Shown here one piece after another: positions 15,106 to 29,312 of a stretch of 64,000 bases of DNA. A model generated the notes under the pieces. It did no database searches and had not been told where the DNA came from. It saw only the letters and a program-made list of their open reading frames with translations. The position numbers and the translations under genes were made by a program. Within the stretch, counting starts at the first letter, position 1. Every line of letters begins with the position of its first letter. This DNA comes from Phoronis australis (taxonomy: Eukaryota; Animalia; Phoronida): positions 80,981-144,980 of the forward strand of contig NMRA01000786.1 of assembly GCA_002633005.1 (NCBI GenBank). The letters run 5' to 3'.

Positions 15106-15232
15106 AAGAAATCCCCTCTCGTAGGTGTCGTGAGTACAAATGTGTTAAGTTTAGACATTTTTCGCCGTTTCAAAATGAGAGCGACGGGTGACCGTGTTCA
15201 AGCACACATATGTACATTTTTGCCGTAAAGCG

Positions 15233-16639
15233 AAATTCCTGATGAAAATTGGACGAAAAATGACTGTAATTTCAAGAGTTAACAATTTTTGACTGAAGTA
15301 ATGGCGAAAATCCGGAAGAAAGTTGGGTGAAAAATGACGCTAAAATTATTGAACATTTACCGAAACTTTTTGCTTCAAAATTCCATATATTTTCCACGAG
15401 AATTATCGTGAACTTTTTAAGACCACCACATTACGATCAATGCTGAACGGCGGCTCGACCGCGACATAGTTATTTGGTGGTTATACCATCCACAAACACG
15501 CATGTGTTACAAGTTCTGTGTCCGTGTTCGTTAAAACGAATTGTAGAAAGAGTATATCGGAGCGATCGAACGTTACGCAGTTATTCGCTTCAACCAAAAC
15601 AGAATTGTGTGCAGTTACGCTCTAAAAGGGTGTCCAGTACGCACTGCTAATGCTCCAGCACGTACATTTACTTGCTTCAACCACACTCGTCAGCCTTGCG
15701 CTACACTCCCATCAAACACAAACTATGATAGAGAGCAGTTACGCTTTTCGAGGTTTCCAGAACATCCTGCTAACGTTCCACCTCGTGCAGTTATATGCTT
15801 CAACCACATTCGACTTGTATAGACCTAATTTACGCCGACAGGAGGCGCGTTCCAAAACGAGGCTCGTTACGATAGCTTTGTTGACTTATGGAGGCACTGA
15901 ACAGTTCTCATAGGGGTTTGTCTATCAGAACACACGTCAATGGACTCTTCACCCTTTCTTCACTCTGTCAAAAATTGCATGCAAATGAAGAAAAGTTTGG
16001 AGTCACTTCACATCACAAGTCCTACAGATGAGCACAGAAACTTTGTTCTCTCTTGCATTTTTTACCCTTTCACTCACAATGGAAACCAAGCTAGACTAAG
16101 AAAAAGAAGGGCAAAAAATGCAAAATCCCACTTTTCACCCCAAAACCACCACTTCTCTGCCGATTATCAACTAAAGCTAACATTAGATTCCAAAAGCAAA
16201 TCTCCTACCAATTCCAAAAATGTGGTCCACAAGTACTGTCAACCAATTAATTTTTTTGCAAATCTGGCTTGTTTGAGGGCTACCTGAAATCGCGGCCAAT
16301 TTCTCAGTTGCTACACAGCAATGCACAATTGCAACAGGGGGCCACCATCTTGAAGAAGAGTGCAGCTACAGCACAGAAAGTGGCCTTTTTTAATTCTCAG
16401 CATGTTCACAAATACAAACAATCCACATTCACTTGGCCTACATACAATACCTAACTAAAAATGCCCCCAAGCCTGGCCCATCCCTAGATTTTAATGGTTC
16501 CCTGCGTGCCGCTAGGTGGGGCCGTAGCCGCGCCATCACGCAGGTATCACTTAATTTACCCTCCATCACAGTGCTAAACCACTTTGCGGTATAGGTGGCG
16601 CTGTGTCAGAGGGTATCACTTAATTTTCCTAGGGAATTT
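15233..16639. mobile_element. Probable non-autonomous element with short imperfect TIRs and internal degenerate tandem repeats
   Basis: The left end aaattcctgatgaaaatt resembles the inverse of the right end aattttcctagggaattt. An internal motif gcagtta..gcttcaacca repeats at 15577-15815, and a subterminal block taggtgg...ggtatcacttaattt occurs twice (16513-16557, 16592-16626). Confidence 0.35.
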
Positions 16640-17433
16640 TTTTACACCGGCGTTTTTTATTGGCTAGTCGAATTCTCAAGAGGCAGCGCTTTACGCAAAC
16701 AAACTGGCATGACTGGTGGACTGAAGTGTAAATGTGGTCTGTTGTGCAGACAAATCAGTGCTTAAAATTTATGTTCAGAAAATGTGAAGCCTAGAAATTC
16801 TGATTGCGCCTTTTCGGAATGCATCTTTCTACTGCCGATGACTTTTGTTTACGATAGTGTCCTGTATTCATACAGTATGAATAACAAACCGGTTAAATCG
16901 GCCACATGTGTTTATTGTACATGTATGTGCTTCAAGCACGCGGCTATTAAACATCATTGCAGAGACGAAATAGTGGATGCAACGCCACTTGCATGACAAG
17001 GCTAAAAATCGTTCAAAGTCCGCCATTTTTTCACGTGCTGTAAAGCTAACCAATGACTGCCTAGGTTACATCGCCGGACCAATGTTAAAGCGCGTGCCAC
17101 TGCGTGATACCTGCGTGCTAGCTGGGATAAGCACGCAGGGAACCAGCGATATCGGCATTCCGCGTTGCTCAAACGTCTAGAAAAAAATACGTACACTCAA
17201 CAGCCTGTTTTACAATACCTAAAGAAGTTGAGATTTGGAAGCGTTGTTTCGTTGCCATACACCGCAACGAAGGAAAATGTGTCCGTGTAAAATTTATAAA
17301 TGTTTTCGAAAAGTTAGATCATATTTTGTCGCATCTCGGTTGCCGAGCATCATAGCAACGACCGTGCATCTCCGGCCAGCCAGGCTGTTTTTTTTTTCAT
17401 AACTACGGGTTGAAACGTGATGGACAAACAGGA

Positions 17434-17769
17434 CAGGGCGCTCATCCCTCGATTTTGGGGCCGAGTATCGGCCCTATTTCCCTCCCAAAAATATTGAAAA
17501 TTAACGCGATATTCTCGGGCCCCTCACGAGGCCTTAAAATAACCTAGTGAATGAAAATTTCTCTCCGAAGTTCAAATCACATGTAAACACACAGGTGACG
17601 TTTGAAAGAGCACAAAATGCTACTTGAGACAAAGCCTGTGAGAGCTTGCAACAGGGCGTGGGTGCTATTGATGGCTATCGGGAGGTATGTAGATTTTTCC
17701 CTCACTCGGCCAAAAATTCCCCTCTCAGAAGGCACAGACACCTTTTCCCTCGGATGAATGAGGCCCCTG
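17434..17769. mobile_element. MITE with CAGGG termini (hAT-like)
   Basis: Imperfect TIR cagggcgctcatccctcga / tcggatgaatgaggcccctg; no clean TSD. Confidence 0.45.
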
Positions 17770-20700
17770 AAGAAACATGATAACTATGCTTGCTGTGTCC
17801 AGTTTTCTGAAATTGATCCCTAAAACGAAGCTATGCTTTGGACGAACGAATTAGGTGTTTTAATTTTAAAATTCCGCTTCGTCCAGATTGATATTTGAAA
17901 CCTAACACATGAAATAGACGTAAGAATTGAAGGTCAAATAATTCTGATTTTCAATTACGAGACTGTTTTTTATTTTAATAAAACATATTTAATAACATTA
18001 ATTGTTCTTTCTGATCAACTGTTAGCCCCGGTAGTCCCTACCTCACCAGGGCCTAGGCTATGCTTGATGTTAACATTCTTAATCAACAAAATTTAATTAA
18101 AGCAGATGTGACTAATTGCACATGACAGCAAAATGCGATGAGCCACCACTATCGAATATATCTTCAACTCTTCAACAGTAAGAGCAGATGATCTGGTTCG
18201 TGTAGAAAGCATTTTTATCAACAATTTACAAGAAAATACGTACATGTAACCCTGCATTCAGCATAACACCTATCCGGAACTCTACGATCGCCGCAATTTG
18301 GTCATATTTACTTTTCATGTTTCGAACCTAGTTTTCCGTAAAAAATTACACTGACACCTTTTCGCCAGACAACTCTTTGGGTATTGACATATTCTCTTTA
18401 ATATATTTTTCTACATCTTTGTGGTTAGTTACCGACACTTTGCCATAAGAAGTGGTCTAGGAAGCGTTGTTTTAAAAGCATTTTGAGACCTACATCGGTG
18501 GGTAATGTGTGTTTCGCTGAAAACCCCGTTACACTCGGTGACAATGTCGTTTGCTTAGATTTTAGTTTTGACATCAAGTCAGGAAATAAGGCGTCCTTGT
18601 TATTTACTTTTAAGTTGGCCACTATTACCTGCCGGTGTAGGCTGAATACGAATTTAACTGCTGATAATTGATTCAAAAAATGTATGGTTCACGAGAGCTG
18701 GAAAACTTCGTAAAAATACTCTAAACAAACTGAGTATTCAATAGGCATCTTGGCTGTTTTATGGGGGCATACAAGGCATACTGGACTGCAGGCAGGAATT
18801 TCATGTCTTGCTGATTTGGAACCCCTACCCCTCTTGCCTCCAGTTTCATTTACCACAACCCATCTCAATTCGCTACAAATTTCAGATACCATCAGGCACG
18901 GATGCTGGGGCTCCTGTGAATCAGTCCCAAATAATAGCAAATCCACTGTTCCCTAAAAGTATTGCATATTTGTAAGTTTTCTGCGTTGAATTCTTAATAT
19001 CATTGAAAGCAAGTACATGTGTAGGGATCTTTTCATGCAACGCCCCTAATTTAAGACTAAGTGTTTAAATATTTTGACTGAATTAAGGGCTCAGTTATTA
19101 GTTACATTATTAAAAAACGTCATAAGTCAAACCAGGAGGTCGTAATAAAGATAGAATGACAAAAAAATATAAAAACTGTGATTAAGAACGAAAAATATGC
19201 ATGAGCAACTCAGTTGAAAACAGGAAAACCCAGGGTGGGGGGTCAATGGGCTCCGGACCCCCAATTTTTCCTTGATTTTAAGTGATATCAATGCTAGAAT
19301 TGTCGACTTGGGCTACCTTTCTTAAAAAAAATTTTGATCCGATCCCCTTCATTAAAAATCTTGGATCTATCCCTGTTGAGTCGATGTTTGGGACTGTTTC
19401 ATGTAGCTTGGGCACAGACCTCCCTTCTTGAATCTAGAATGTTGTGAATTTTCGAAAGAAAGACCTGGACCCGTGTTTGGATGGCGTAAAAGGGCAGTTC
19501 TTGGACGTCGACGTAGGAAATATGTGATGAATGGGGGGAGGAGAGACTATTAATTTTTCAATTGTATTTTATAACAAAGTTTTTGCATTGAAAGTTTTAA
19601 TTAATTGTTAATTAATTTATATCAACACATGGAATGTAACATTTTGGTTGAGGGGCGCCCATCATTTTTGTTCCTGCCTCTTCTTCAACAGATCTGCCTT
19701 ACGTTTACTACATCCCTAATCTCCTGGACAAAATCCTACAGGTTCTGTACCTGCGCACCCTCCGATAATCTGCGTTCACCTGCTCACCTCTAATTATTGA
19801 GTCACCTACTTGCTTATGACGTATTTCTCGTAATTTATATTACCGTTGCTGCTCAAATTTTTGCTTGATTTACTCTATATTTTGCCAGAGTGTGTTTTCC
19901 ATTGCACTGCTCCTGGTTTTTGTTTTCAAACAAAGACACTTCACTGACAGTTTTGAATTTGACAGACTAAAATCGGCCATAGTCAACGAATGGGACTATT
20001 CGGAAAATCTACAATAACTAGAGGGCGCGCGTGTACAACTGGTGATAGATTAACAGCCTCGATTTCGTGAGCCCTTTAAATACAACGTACATGGTGAAAT
20101 GGCTTGCAGCCGTGCCAACTGAATCTGAGATTGTGTGAAAAGGGTGCTTCTATGATAGGAAGTTAGCACGATCTTATACAAAGGTAAGGTTTGTGATTAT
20201 TTTAACGATTATTCCATGCTTATTCTACACATGCCTGTTAACTGAGGTACTCACCGATGTCGACTTCGCGGCAGTCGCCAGTCGGGTTAATCTTTGTTTG
20301 TTGTGATATGTGATACGATACTTGACGTAGCAATCGGGATCTTTTCGTACATAAAGCATTATTATTGTTCGGAATGATTTCTAACAGTTTATCAGTGACA
20401 GTTACATCAATCAATGCTGAATGTTTATGCTGTCAACTCGATACAGGTTAATGAGTAAAGATTACAATCCAAGCCCAAAGCGGGGTACATGACAAATATC
20501 CATTGCATTAGACTACATGTATTTCTTTACTCCCTATCATATGTCTTCTGGAAATCTATTACAGGTTGAAATGGAAATCTATCACGTCTGTTTTCACGTA
20601 ACCTTTGGTTTTTAGGTTTGAGGGCTTGTACCGTGCAGAGGAGATATGCATCGCTTCTGCACCGTCCCTGAATTGACAAAAATTGTTTTTTAGCATTTGA

Positions 20701-21649
20701 CTGCAGCTAATTAACAAACAAGATCTTCCCATCCAGTGCAGATTTTTTGTCAAAGCCTAATTTCAATATTGGAGGCAACGAACAAAGCCTTTGAAAGGGA
20801 ATAGCTATTTTTAAAGAAAGGTATGTAAGTCATTTTGTTAATTTTCTTATTCAGGTACTTAGCAGGGGATTGGCATGGGGGGTTGGGGTTGTAATATTTG
20901 GTACAACTGAATGTGTGGAAATAACAGGTACATTGCAATACATGTTTGGGGAAAAGAGCATGGTGAGGTAATTCTTAACCTTCATGAAGTCCCTTCAAGG
21001 TGATATCTTGAAACTGTTTAGCTACTTGTATCAATTGTAAACCCATGAAAATATATTCCATTTTCTGAATTCACAGTGACTGAATAGTCTTAACTCATGC
21101 CTTGAAATGTTGCAAGTTGTTATAAATTCAAGTGACTGCCATTTTTGTGAAAATTGCATTTTTGATGGTGCCTTACGACTTGTAATTACTCCTAAACAAC
21201 AGAAAGATTAATCATCATTTTTAAATGACCCAAGTCTTCATATCTTCTGTTAGAAGAAAAATTAAGTCTGATAAACGGTTCCCTCAATCTTAGACTAGAA
21301 GTATTCCTGACAGACCCATGAACCTGTAATCGGAGTTTAAAATTGCTGAAAGTATCAAAATTAAAAAGGCTTGAAAATGGGTAACAAAGGTTTGAAGTTG
21401 TCTCAAAAAGCTTGTATATTTTGTAGACAAGTGATGCGTTTAAAGAATTGTTATGGCTACGAATAAAAAATAAAGACACAGTTTTAAGCAATACTTATTA
21501 TATACACCCTTGGTTTCTGAAAATAGCAATTATTTTATTTTATGTGAAACTGTAGAGCAGTCACCATATATTTTTGAACAACAGGAATAACGTTTTAGAC
21601 CCAATCTGGAGTACTTAATTATTCACATTTCAATATTTATTCCAGGTTC

Positions 21650-22150
21650 AGTGATATTTTAAAGCCACTTCAAGCTGTATCATAGACAAGTTTTGTTACT
21701 CCGTTCTCTTCCCACAACACTTCCACACACCAGCAGCGCTGCATGGCACAAGGTACAAGTCAGTGGCCCTGGTGAAATGTGAATCGCAGTACTAAGTTAC
21801 CATAAGACAATGTGCCAGTGGACTGTCTGTGTATTCAGTCGAACTACATGTATATCTGACTGCTACACAAGTAAGCCTTGTTGGTGAGGATGCCCTTTCA
21901 AGGCAATGACTCTTGTGTGGACAATAGCTTATTTCCTTTCCTGGAAGAAAGATGAGGGACTGAAGCTAAAGAAGACCTAGCGACACTCTAGTATACTTCA
22001 AGGGTCTGATTTTGGGCTCAAAACGATTCAAGTGATATGCTGCTGTGTTTACCTTCAAGGGTCTAATTGTGGATGTTACTGAGGCTGAATGAGGTTACAT
22101 GAAAGAAAGCCACGTGTCGAAACTGGACCTTTTTTACAAGCGCTTCTATA
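21650..22150 (+). pseudogene. Possible very decayed YqaJ/lambda-exonuclease-like TE accessory gene
   Basis: The tail translates as ..VFTFKGLIVDV....YMKESHVSKLDLFYKRF, resembling the C-terminus of TE-associated YqaJ domains. The rest is heavily disrupted. Confidence 0.25.
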
Positions 22151-22360
22151 GGCTATTGAAACTAGATCCCAGTGAAATGAAGGCCAGAAGCTGAGTGACA
22201 TTAAATTTTTCTTTCAGAAGAAAGGCTTTATACTATTGGTAAAAACTTTTCAATTTGGTACACATTATGGGGAAATGACATTCAGTGACTGCATCGATTG
22301 CCTTATTGTTTGTTTTCAATTGAGCTAGCTGGATAAAAATTGTGGTATATCAATGCGTGT

Positions 22361-23026
22361 TGTGGCCGATAAATGGCGCGCACGTGGTAATAAGTAAAAC
22401 AACACACGAATACTTTGACAATAGAATACGTCTATTAATTTGCAGCGTTGTGATTTACAAATTAAAGATTACAATAAGTTGTGAGACTGACGACTAACTG
22501 ATTGAGACAAGATATCGCTACTGGAAAAACTACTAATCAACAGTGCCACTGGTTACCTGTAGCTACCGCACACATTAACACAAAACAAGTCACAACAGAA
22601 CTAACCCTCCAGAACAATCACTAGCCGGTTCAAATTGACTAACAGGCTGAGACCAACGCCCGTGATAAATGTCTATACCTCAGTTGTTCTTTTTTCCCTT
22701 GACTCTTTGGTCACAGAAGTTTTTCGTCTGGCCCCGGCTTCGTCTTAGAAGTTTGAAGTTGTCTTCCAGCTCTGGAGTCGTGCCCCGAAGTGTGAAGTTT
22801 TGACCTAAGGTGGATCCAGTCTGCCCTGGTCTCGAGAGCCAGTGCTTTAAATACTAAACTAAGTGGCATCACGGATGGACCCACTCTGTATGTACATATA
22901 TGTCCATCTCTCTATGACGAGCTGAATATAATGAGCTAACTGACCACGCGATGGACCCACTCTGCATGTACATATATGTCCATCACCCAATAACTCAAAA
23001 TTCTAGCATACATTGTAGCTGCCACT
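22361..23026 (-). mobile_element. Possible solo LTR
   Basis: Starts TGTGGC and ends GCCACT, with LTR-like composition and an internal duplicate gatggacccactctg.atgtacatatatgtccatc (~22873, ~22950). No TSD found. Confidence 0.3.
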
Positions 23027-23695
23027 ATTCCTGTATTATTGTATAACTGCCTCTATTCCTGGGTTTTCAACATCAGAGTACTATTCCTGGATTTAACTAC
23101 CTCAGAGATAGCATATCCCCTGAAATTTATTGCACATGGAGGGCATAGCCTTGTTATATTACAGAATCTGCTGTGCACAAGATTCGAAAATAAACAATTA
23201 TCAGTGTATTTAAAAACAAATGGCAAACTGAAAAAGCACAGAAAGAAACAACATTGCGACGGCGTCCATAATCAGGCATATCAAGTGCTAATATCTGAAT
23301 TACATGTATGTTCAATTCTCTCAGGTTGTTGCTGAAGGATTGCTTTTCACTTTGTCCAAAGGTAAAATAAATGGTCGGGCGGTTGGTTTCAGTTGTTTTT
23401 GCTCACCTGTAACATAATAGTCGGAGAAATATTAGCAAATTGTAAAGGAAAAGACAAGACAAAACTACTTTTGTAAGGCAGAACGTACTTGACGTTTCAG
23501 CTTCATGTTTATGTGTAGAAACTAATAACCTTTGTACCCAAGTCTTATTTAATATCTGAATTAAAATATGTGAAACAGGCTAAAAGTGATTTAACAATGT
23601 GTATTTTTCATGACACTTAAAATTTGATCTCAACAAGTAAAGTTCATTCTAGGTGTCAATTTTTCTTCCAATACAATGTTACGACAGTTACTGAA

Positions 23696-24283
23696 TTAAG
23701 GCTTATTCATGTTGATTCGATAACTGATCTGGTAGTCCTGGGGGGGTGGAGTCAGCGATAAAATAAGGAAACTCACACATCTAGAGAATTTTATTGGAAA
23801 CAGCATAGTTTTGAAGAGAAACTGCTGTGCAAAAGTCACCCTTGACTTCTGTGCATCACGTACCATACACCTCTTATTTTGGGAGCACTCCACCCAGGAC
23901 AATATGAATATGTGCTGCTAGCCTACCCGGCATCGGGTGAGTTTCCTACAAGAAACACTAGTTCCACTCAATAAACCTGTTATTCAGTGGGGTAACCGGT
24001 GGGGATAACATCACCAAACGATGTTGATAGAAACTTGATTGCTAAAAACTTACCAAGTAATGTTGTGTAGTCTCCGAATGGAACTCCATAGTCATAGAGC
24101 ACACACGGGGCTTCAGCATCCACACACTTTTTGTCAGTTAGTTGACCCTTTTGACCGCAATTGTCCACGAATATAGTAACCTTAGGTCTTTTGGGAATTT
24201 GTGGCCACCTGTCAAAGACTTGCACCAGGGAAATTAGCAGTAATAAGGCTTAGTGCGACGACGTATTTTGATAATAATTCCAT
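23696..24283 (-). pseudogene. Decayed single-exon ORF with a signal-peptide-like N-terminus; unknown family
   Basis: ATG at 24283 gives MELLSKYVVAL, then a frameshift into ALLLLISLVQVFDRWPQIPKRPKVTIFVDNCGQKGQLT...YDYGVPFGDY. Coding-like sequence continues with stops and frameshifts (e.g. AAHIHIVLGGVLPK). It lies directly downstream of a promoter-like block. Confidence 0.45.
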
Positions 24284-24299
24284 CTTTTATTAGTTGTTT

Positions 24300-24481
24300 A
24301 CATGCAGACAGCCACGCATGCGCAATTCAATCACCACAGTGCTCAGCGACACCGCGAGGAGAATTCTCCGAATAGCCCCATTGCGTGGGAGCGGGACAAT
24401 GTCAACGAGCCAATCCAGGTATGCAGCAAGGACATCTGTTGTCGAAAATCATGATTCTATTTTTGGAGTGCAGGGATTCCC
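24300..24481 (-). promoter_or_regulatory. Promoter-like block (kB-like GGGAATCCCT, CCAAT box, NRF1-like GCGCATGCG)
   Basis: CpG-rich. Positions 24387-24420 are the exact reverse complement of 30044-30077, and agggattccc lies at 24472-24481. Confidence 0.5.
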
Positions 24482-24562
24482 AAACACTCTTCTACAAAGA
24501 AGATACGAAAGACAAAAGCGCGCGGCTACCAAAATTTGATCAGCTGGACGTTAAGACTTATT

Positions 24563-25540
24563 TNNNNNNNNNNNNNNNNNNNNNNNNNNNNNNNNNNNNN
24601 NNNNNNNNNNNNNNNNNNNNNNNNNNNNNNNNNNNNNNNNNNNNNNNNNNNNNNNNNNNNNNNNNNNNNNNNNNNNNNNNNNNNNNNNNNNNNNNNNNNN
24701 NNNNNNNNNNNNNNNNNNNNNNNNNNNNNNNNNNNNNNNNNNNNNNNNNNNNNNNNNNNNNNNNNNNNNNNNNNNNNNNNNNNNNNNNNNNNNNNNNNNN
24801 NNNNNNNNNNNNNNNNNNNNNNNNNNNNNNNNNNNNNNNNNNNNNNNNNNNNNNNNNNNNNNNNNNNNNNNNNNNNNNNNNNNNNNNNNNNNNNNNNNNN
24901 NNNNNNNNNNNNNNNNNNNNNNNNNNNNNNNNNNNNNNNNNNNNNNNNNNNNNNNNNNNNNNNNNNNNNNNNNNNNNNNNNNNNNNNNNNNNNNNNNNNN
25001 NNNNNNNNNNNNNNNNNNNNNNNNNNNNNNNNNNNNNNNNNNNNNNNNNNNNNNNNNNNNNNNNNNNNNNNNNNNNNNNNNNNNNNNNNNNNNNNNNNNN
25101 NNNNNNNNNNNNNNNNNNNNNNNNNNNNNNNNNNNNNNNNNNNNNNNNNNNNNNNNNNNNNNNNNNNNNNNNNNNNNNNNNNNNNNNNNNNNNNNNNNNN
25201 NNNNNNNNNNNNNNNNNNNNNNNNNNNNNNNNNNNNNNNNNNNNNNNNNNNNNNNNNNNNNNNNNNNNNNNNNNNNNNNNNNNNNNNNNNNNNNNNNNNN
25301 NNNNNNNNNNNNNNNNNNNNNNNNNNNNNNNNNNNNNNNNNNNNNNNNNNNNNNNNNNNNNNNNNNNNNNNNNNNNNNNNNNNNNNNNNNNNNNNNNNNN
25401 NNNNNNNNNNNNNNNNNNNNNNNNNNNNNNNNNNNNNNNNNNNNNNNNNNNNNNNNNNNNNNNNNNNNNNNNNNNNNNNNNNNNNNNNNNNNNNNNNNNN
25501 NNNNNNNNNNNNNNNNNNNNNNNNNNNNNNNNNNNNNNNN
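24563..25540. other. Assembly gap (N run)
   Basis: Continuous Ns. Confidence 1.
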
Positions 25541-26969
25541 TTGCTTTAGTCTGAAGTTTCTGATTTTAACTTAATATCATACCTAGCTTTGCTAATGGTA
25601 AAACAAATTCACTAGCTACATTTTCCATAGTCATCTTTTATCCAACTACCGTTTCGACCACAATACATATTATATCACTGAGAAAAGATGTCAGAGACAC
25701 TTCACAACGACTAACTAGGAGCAAGTATGTGTTGAAAAATATATATTTGTTGATATGCCAATATCAGAATAACATTCAGCTCATGTCATGGACAAGGTAA
25801 TGATTTCAATTGCAGGAGCGTCCCCTGCTGCTCATCACTTTCAAAATATTCTCACTAAAGAACCATGAATTTATTAGGTTTGCAAAAATGATCACACTTA
25901 ACCAATCTTGGGATATTGCCGGCATTGTAAGACGATGCTCAACACTTAGCTTGAAGCCAAGTCGCATTTGGCTACTTGCTGAAAATCCCAGGTCGCCAAA
26001 TGAAATCTGACGTCGTCCAAAACTGATGTTTGTCATCAGAATAGTTGGCTAAAAAGGTTATGCTATACTCCTTTACTGGGAACTTACGTCGCATACCCAG
26101 AATGTAGGTGATCATATACACTGTAGGCGCTAGTTTAACTCATCTTGCATGATTATCGCCAACTTCCACCTGTGTACTTCCTGATGTAATTTTAATGCAG
26201 TTTGACAAGTGCTAACTGCTGTCGGTGGTGGCAAATGCACCAATTTCATGAAATAAACAGAACAATTGTAAACAAAGGTATCAAATCTAAGAAAACTGCT
26301 GGTAACTTAAAATTTAGGAGTCAACACAAACTTTGAAACAAATTTCGAGGGAATTGTCTGACTTTGATACTCGCAGTGGTGACTTCATGGCGACTTGGGA
26401 TTTTTCCGAGGTGACCAAACACAATCTGTAGTTCACTAAATCAAGCACTGCAAGACATAATTGTCAGAGGTAATGTTAATGATGCTCTATACGTAATAAT
26501 CATAAAGCATTTTGGTTATGTAGGACCCTGTCAAAATGTCCAATTTTGTCCATCCTTGGGACATCTTACAAGATGCTGATTGGATTCACGTGAAACTTTC
26601 ACAGAATATACTTTATAAACTAATCCCCAACATGTCGTTAGAAATGTTTTTTAAAATGTTCCACATTTGCGTGAGGGCCTACCACAAAGAAGGAATAGCA
26701 TAAATTTCATGAATTTCTTACATTGCATAAAACAAAAATGAGACGGTAATTTAGCAAACTGTAACAGCATTTTTGAGATTTACCTTGAACATTATGTTAT
26801 ACAACACGAAGTAAAATTCTAAAGTTTTGTAAATATTTGACTTAATGTGCAGACTTGTCAATAAAGTACTACATAACCTTTAAGCACATCATATGGCAAA
26901 CGTCATCAATAAACAAGACTTACGAATTATACACCCTACTACATTTCAATAATTCTATTATAGACACCA

Positions 26970-28130
26970 GACTACTTTGTATGCCCATCCTCTGTTTTAG
27001 TATTTGTCACGACAAATGCTGGATATGAAGTGATGGCTGGTACACGAAAATGAAAACATGGCATCCTTGCAGAAGGCTCTATCGGTCCTGAGACAGCACA
27101 ATGAAGAATGGAATCCAAGATGTTTTGTGGTTGATGCATCTGAAATAGAAACTCCAGCAATTAAAACTGTGTAAATGTGTTTTCAGGTACTTACTTACTT
27201 TACACAGCAGTAATGACATTACTGAACTGGTAAATGTTTTGTAACAGCCTCAATTTAATGCCTATAGCATTCAACATTTTCCGTTAAACAGCTTGGTCAC
27301 AACGCACTGCTGTTCTCCGAATACAATATATAGATTTCACCGCCAATCTTAGGCATTGCATAAAACCCCATTAGGTTCAAAGTTACTAACTAAAAATTAA
27401 ACCACTTGCTGCTTTTTCCTCCCAATGTCAGAATTTTAATTCTTAGTAGTTAAAACTACTAAGCTTGGGAGATATGAAATTTTGTTATTACTAGAAACCC
27501 TTCATGTTGCTTTTCAGATGAAATGACAACGTAGCGCACCATACAGGAGAAACAGTTCCCTTTAAAATCTGACTTATATTTGAAAATTTGCACTCGCATT
27601 ACCTAATTTGGACTCTTAAAAATGACCAAAAAAACTAACTAGGCGTTGGTGGGGGTGGTCCCAATTTTACTTTTTCTGTTCTTTTTTCAAGCATGTCACT
27701 TGTTACAGCCAGCGAATATACATGTTTGTTAGAGAGCACAGATTTAACATTCGTATGTGCAACAAGTCTTACTACAATTTCAAAGACCACTCTCGTTTAC
27801 AGTGATATCCTTTCTAAAGCTCTAGTAAGGTGAGTGAAAGACTAATTTCACAGCAAAAAGTCGATGAACAAAAAATTCATTTGTAACACCAAACATGGGT
27901 TGCAAAGCCCCTTGAACTACGTACTTGTTAACTTTCTCTATGTGAGGGCAGAGATCTTTCTTTGTGACTTTCACAGGGAAGAGGCCTGGTACGGCTGGGT
28001 ATCCTCCTACATTAACAGAGTGGTGGCACATCAGGACGAAATTCTTACTGCTTACTTCCGTTCGAGTAAGGCGACAACACTGAAAATGCCCATGGTCTTC
28101 ATGAATTTAAGTAAGCTTGTCCGCTGCATG
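26970..28130 (+). pseudogene. MULE/Mutator-type transposase remnant
   Basis: LVFVTTNAGYEVMAG...NEEWNPRCFVVDASEIETPAIKTV (~26995-27170) and AEIFLCDFHREEAWYGWVS (~27947-28005). These include a CxxH motif and the pattern typical of MULE domains; the frame is disrupted. Confidence 0.65.
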
Positions 28131-29312
28131 AGGACTCATCCTTAAAATGATATCACAAAACAAAACCTTAAAGTTTCAAAATATAAAAGACAACCAGTTA
28201 AAATCATGATAGTCAATGGTTGCAGAATCAAAGACAAACTGTCATATGTGTCATGGGCGGCGCAGCCCCCCATCCCCCTTGTGGTACACCGTCCACAGAC
28301 CATGCCCCCCCCCCCCAGCCCCCTATGGTGCGCCGTCCATGTGTGTTATGTTCCAGAAGGCAGAATCGGTTTCCACTGAGCTACAAGTGGGTACATTGAG
28401 TCAAGAAGACTGCAAGAAGTAACATGGAGTAAAGAAAGCGTTGCATACAAAAGGAACAAATTGAATGCAAGTCACATACTAGTAGCTGTGACTCAATCAA
28501 TTCCATTTTGATGGAGTACTGTGGGTTTACTTTCAGAGAATAATTTGATCAACTTTGTGAAAAATATTTTCTTCCTAGGAAAATAATTCGTAAGACATCA
28601 ATTGTTAGGTCTCACTTACACTTTCAATGCATACATCAACATCAACATCAATTATGGGTGAATTGTACTTTGATCATAACTTCTAAAATATTTTTGTTAG
28701 CCAATTAGATGTTGAGTGAGTCATGGACATAGGCTCTGAGTTTCTAAGATTAAACTGTTTCTTATGGCGAAGATATCAATTCAGAATAATTAAGCTGTAA
28801 TTGGTACTTTGCAATTGACTCAAAATTAAATTAGAGCAATGCAACATCTATTGTTTTTTAATCAAAATACATCGATTTGGCCTTTTGCACAAGATCATCA
28901 TCACAGAGACGTCTACGCTGGGAATTTACACTCTTTATGATCTTAACTTTTAAACAAATTGAATATCTTGAAAGATATGAAACAATATCATAACTAGTGA
29001 GTAAATATGGCCATTATAAAGATGAAATGTGTAATATTTAAAAATGATCACTAGAATGACAATGAAACTTAATTATTTTTTAACTTAGGAATTGCCCTAA
29101 AATTGCACATTCAGATATGTCACCAGTTAATTGTGCACCTGTGAATAACTTACACATGGCAATTCAACATTTTCATATACTTACCTGTATTGTTCACTTC
29201 ATCTTTCATTCGAGCTTGTGTCATCTATCGGGAAGCGCAACGCCATCAAAAAATTCCATGCAAATGACCTGAAATTTTTGAAAAACACTTCTGAATTACC
29301 AGACAACTAGTT

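Noticed and set aside
14602-15228. 208-aa ORF
   Set aside because: It runs across the Academ TIR and flank and has no recognisable motifs.
24385-25554. 389-aa and 337-aa ORFs in the track
   Set aside because: They consist almost entirely of X residues from the assembly gap.
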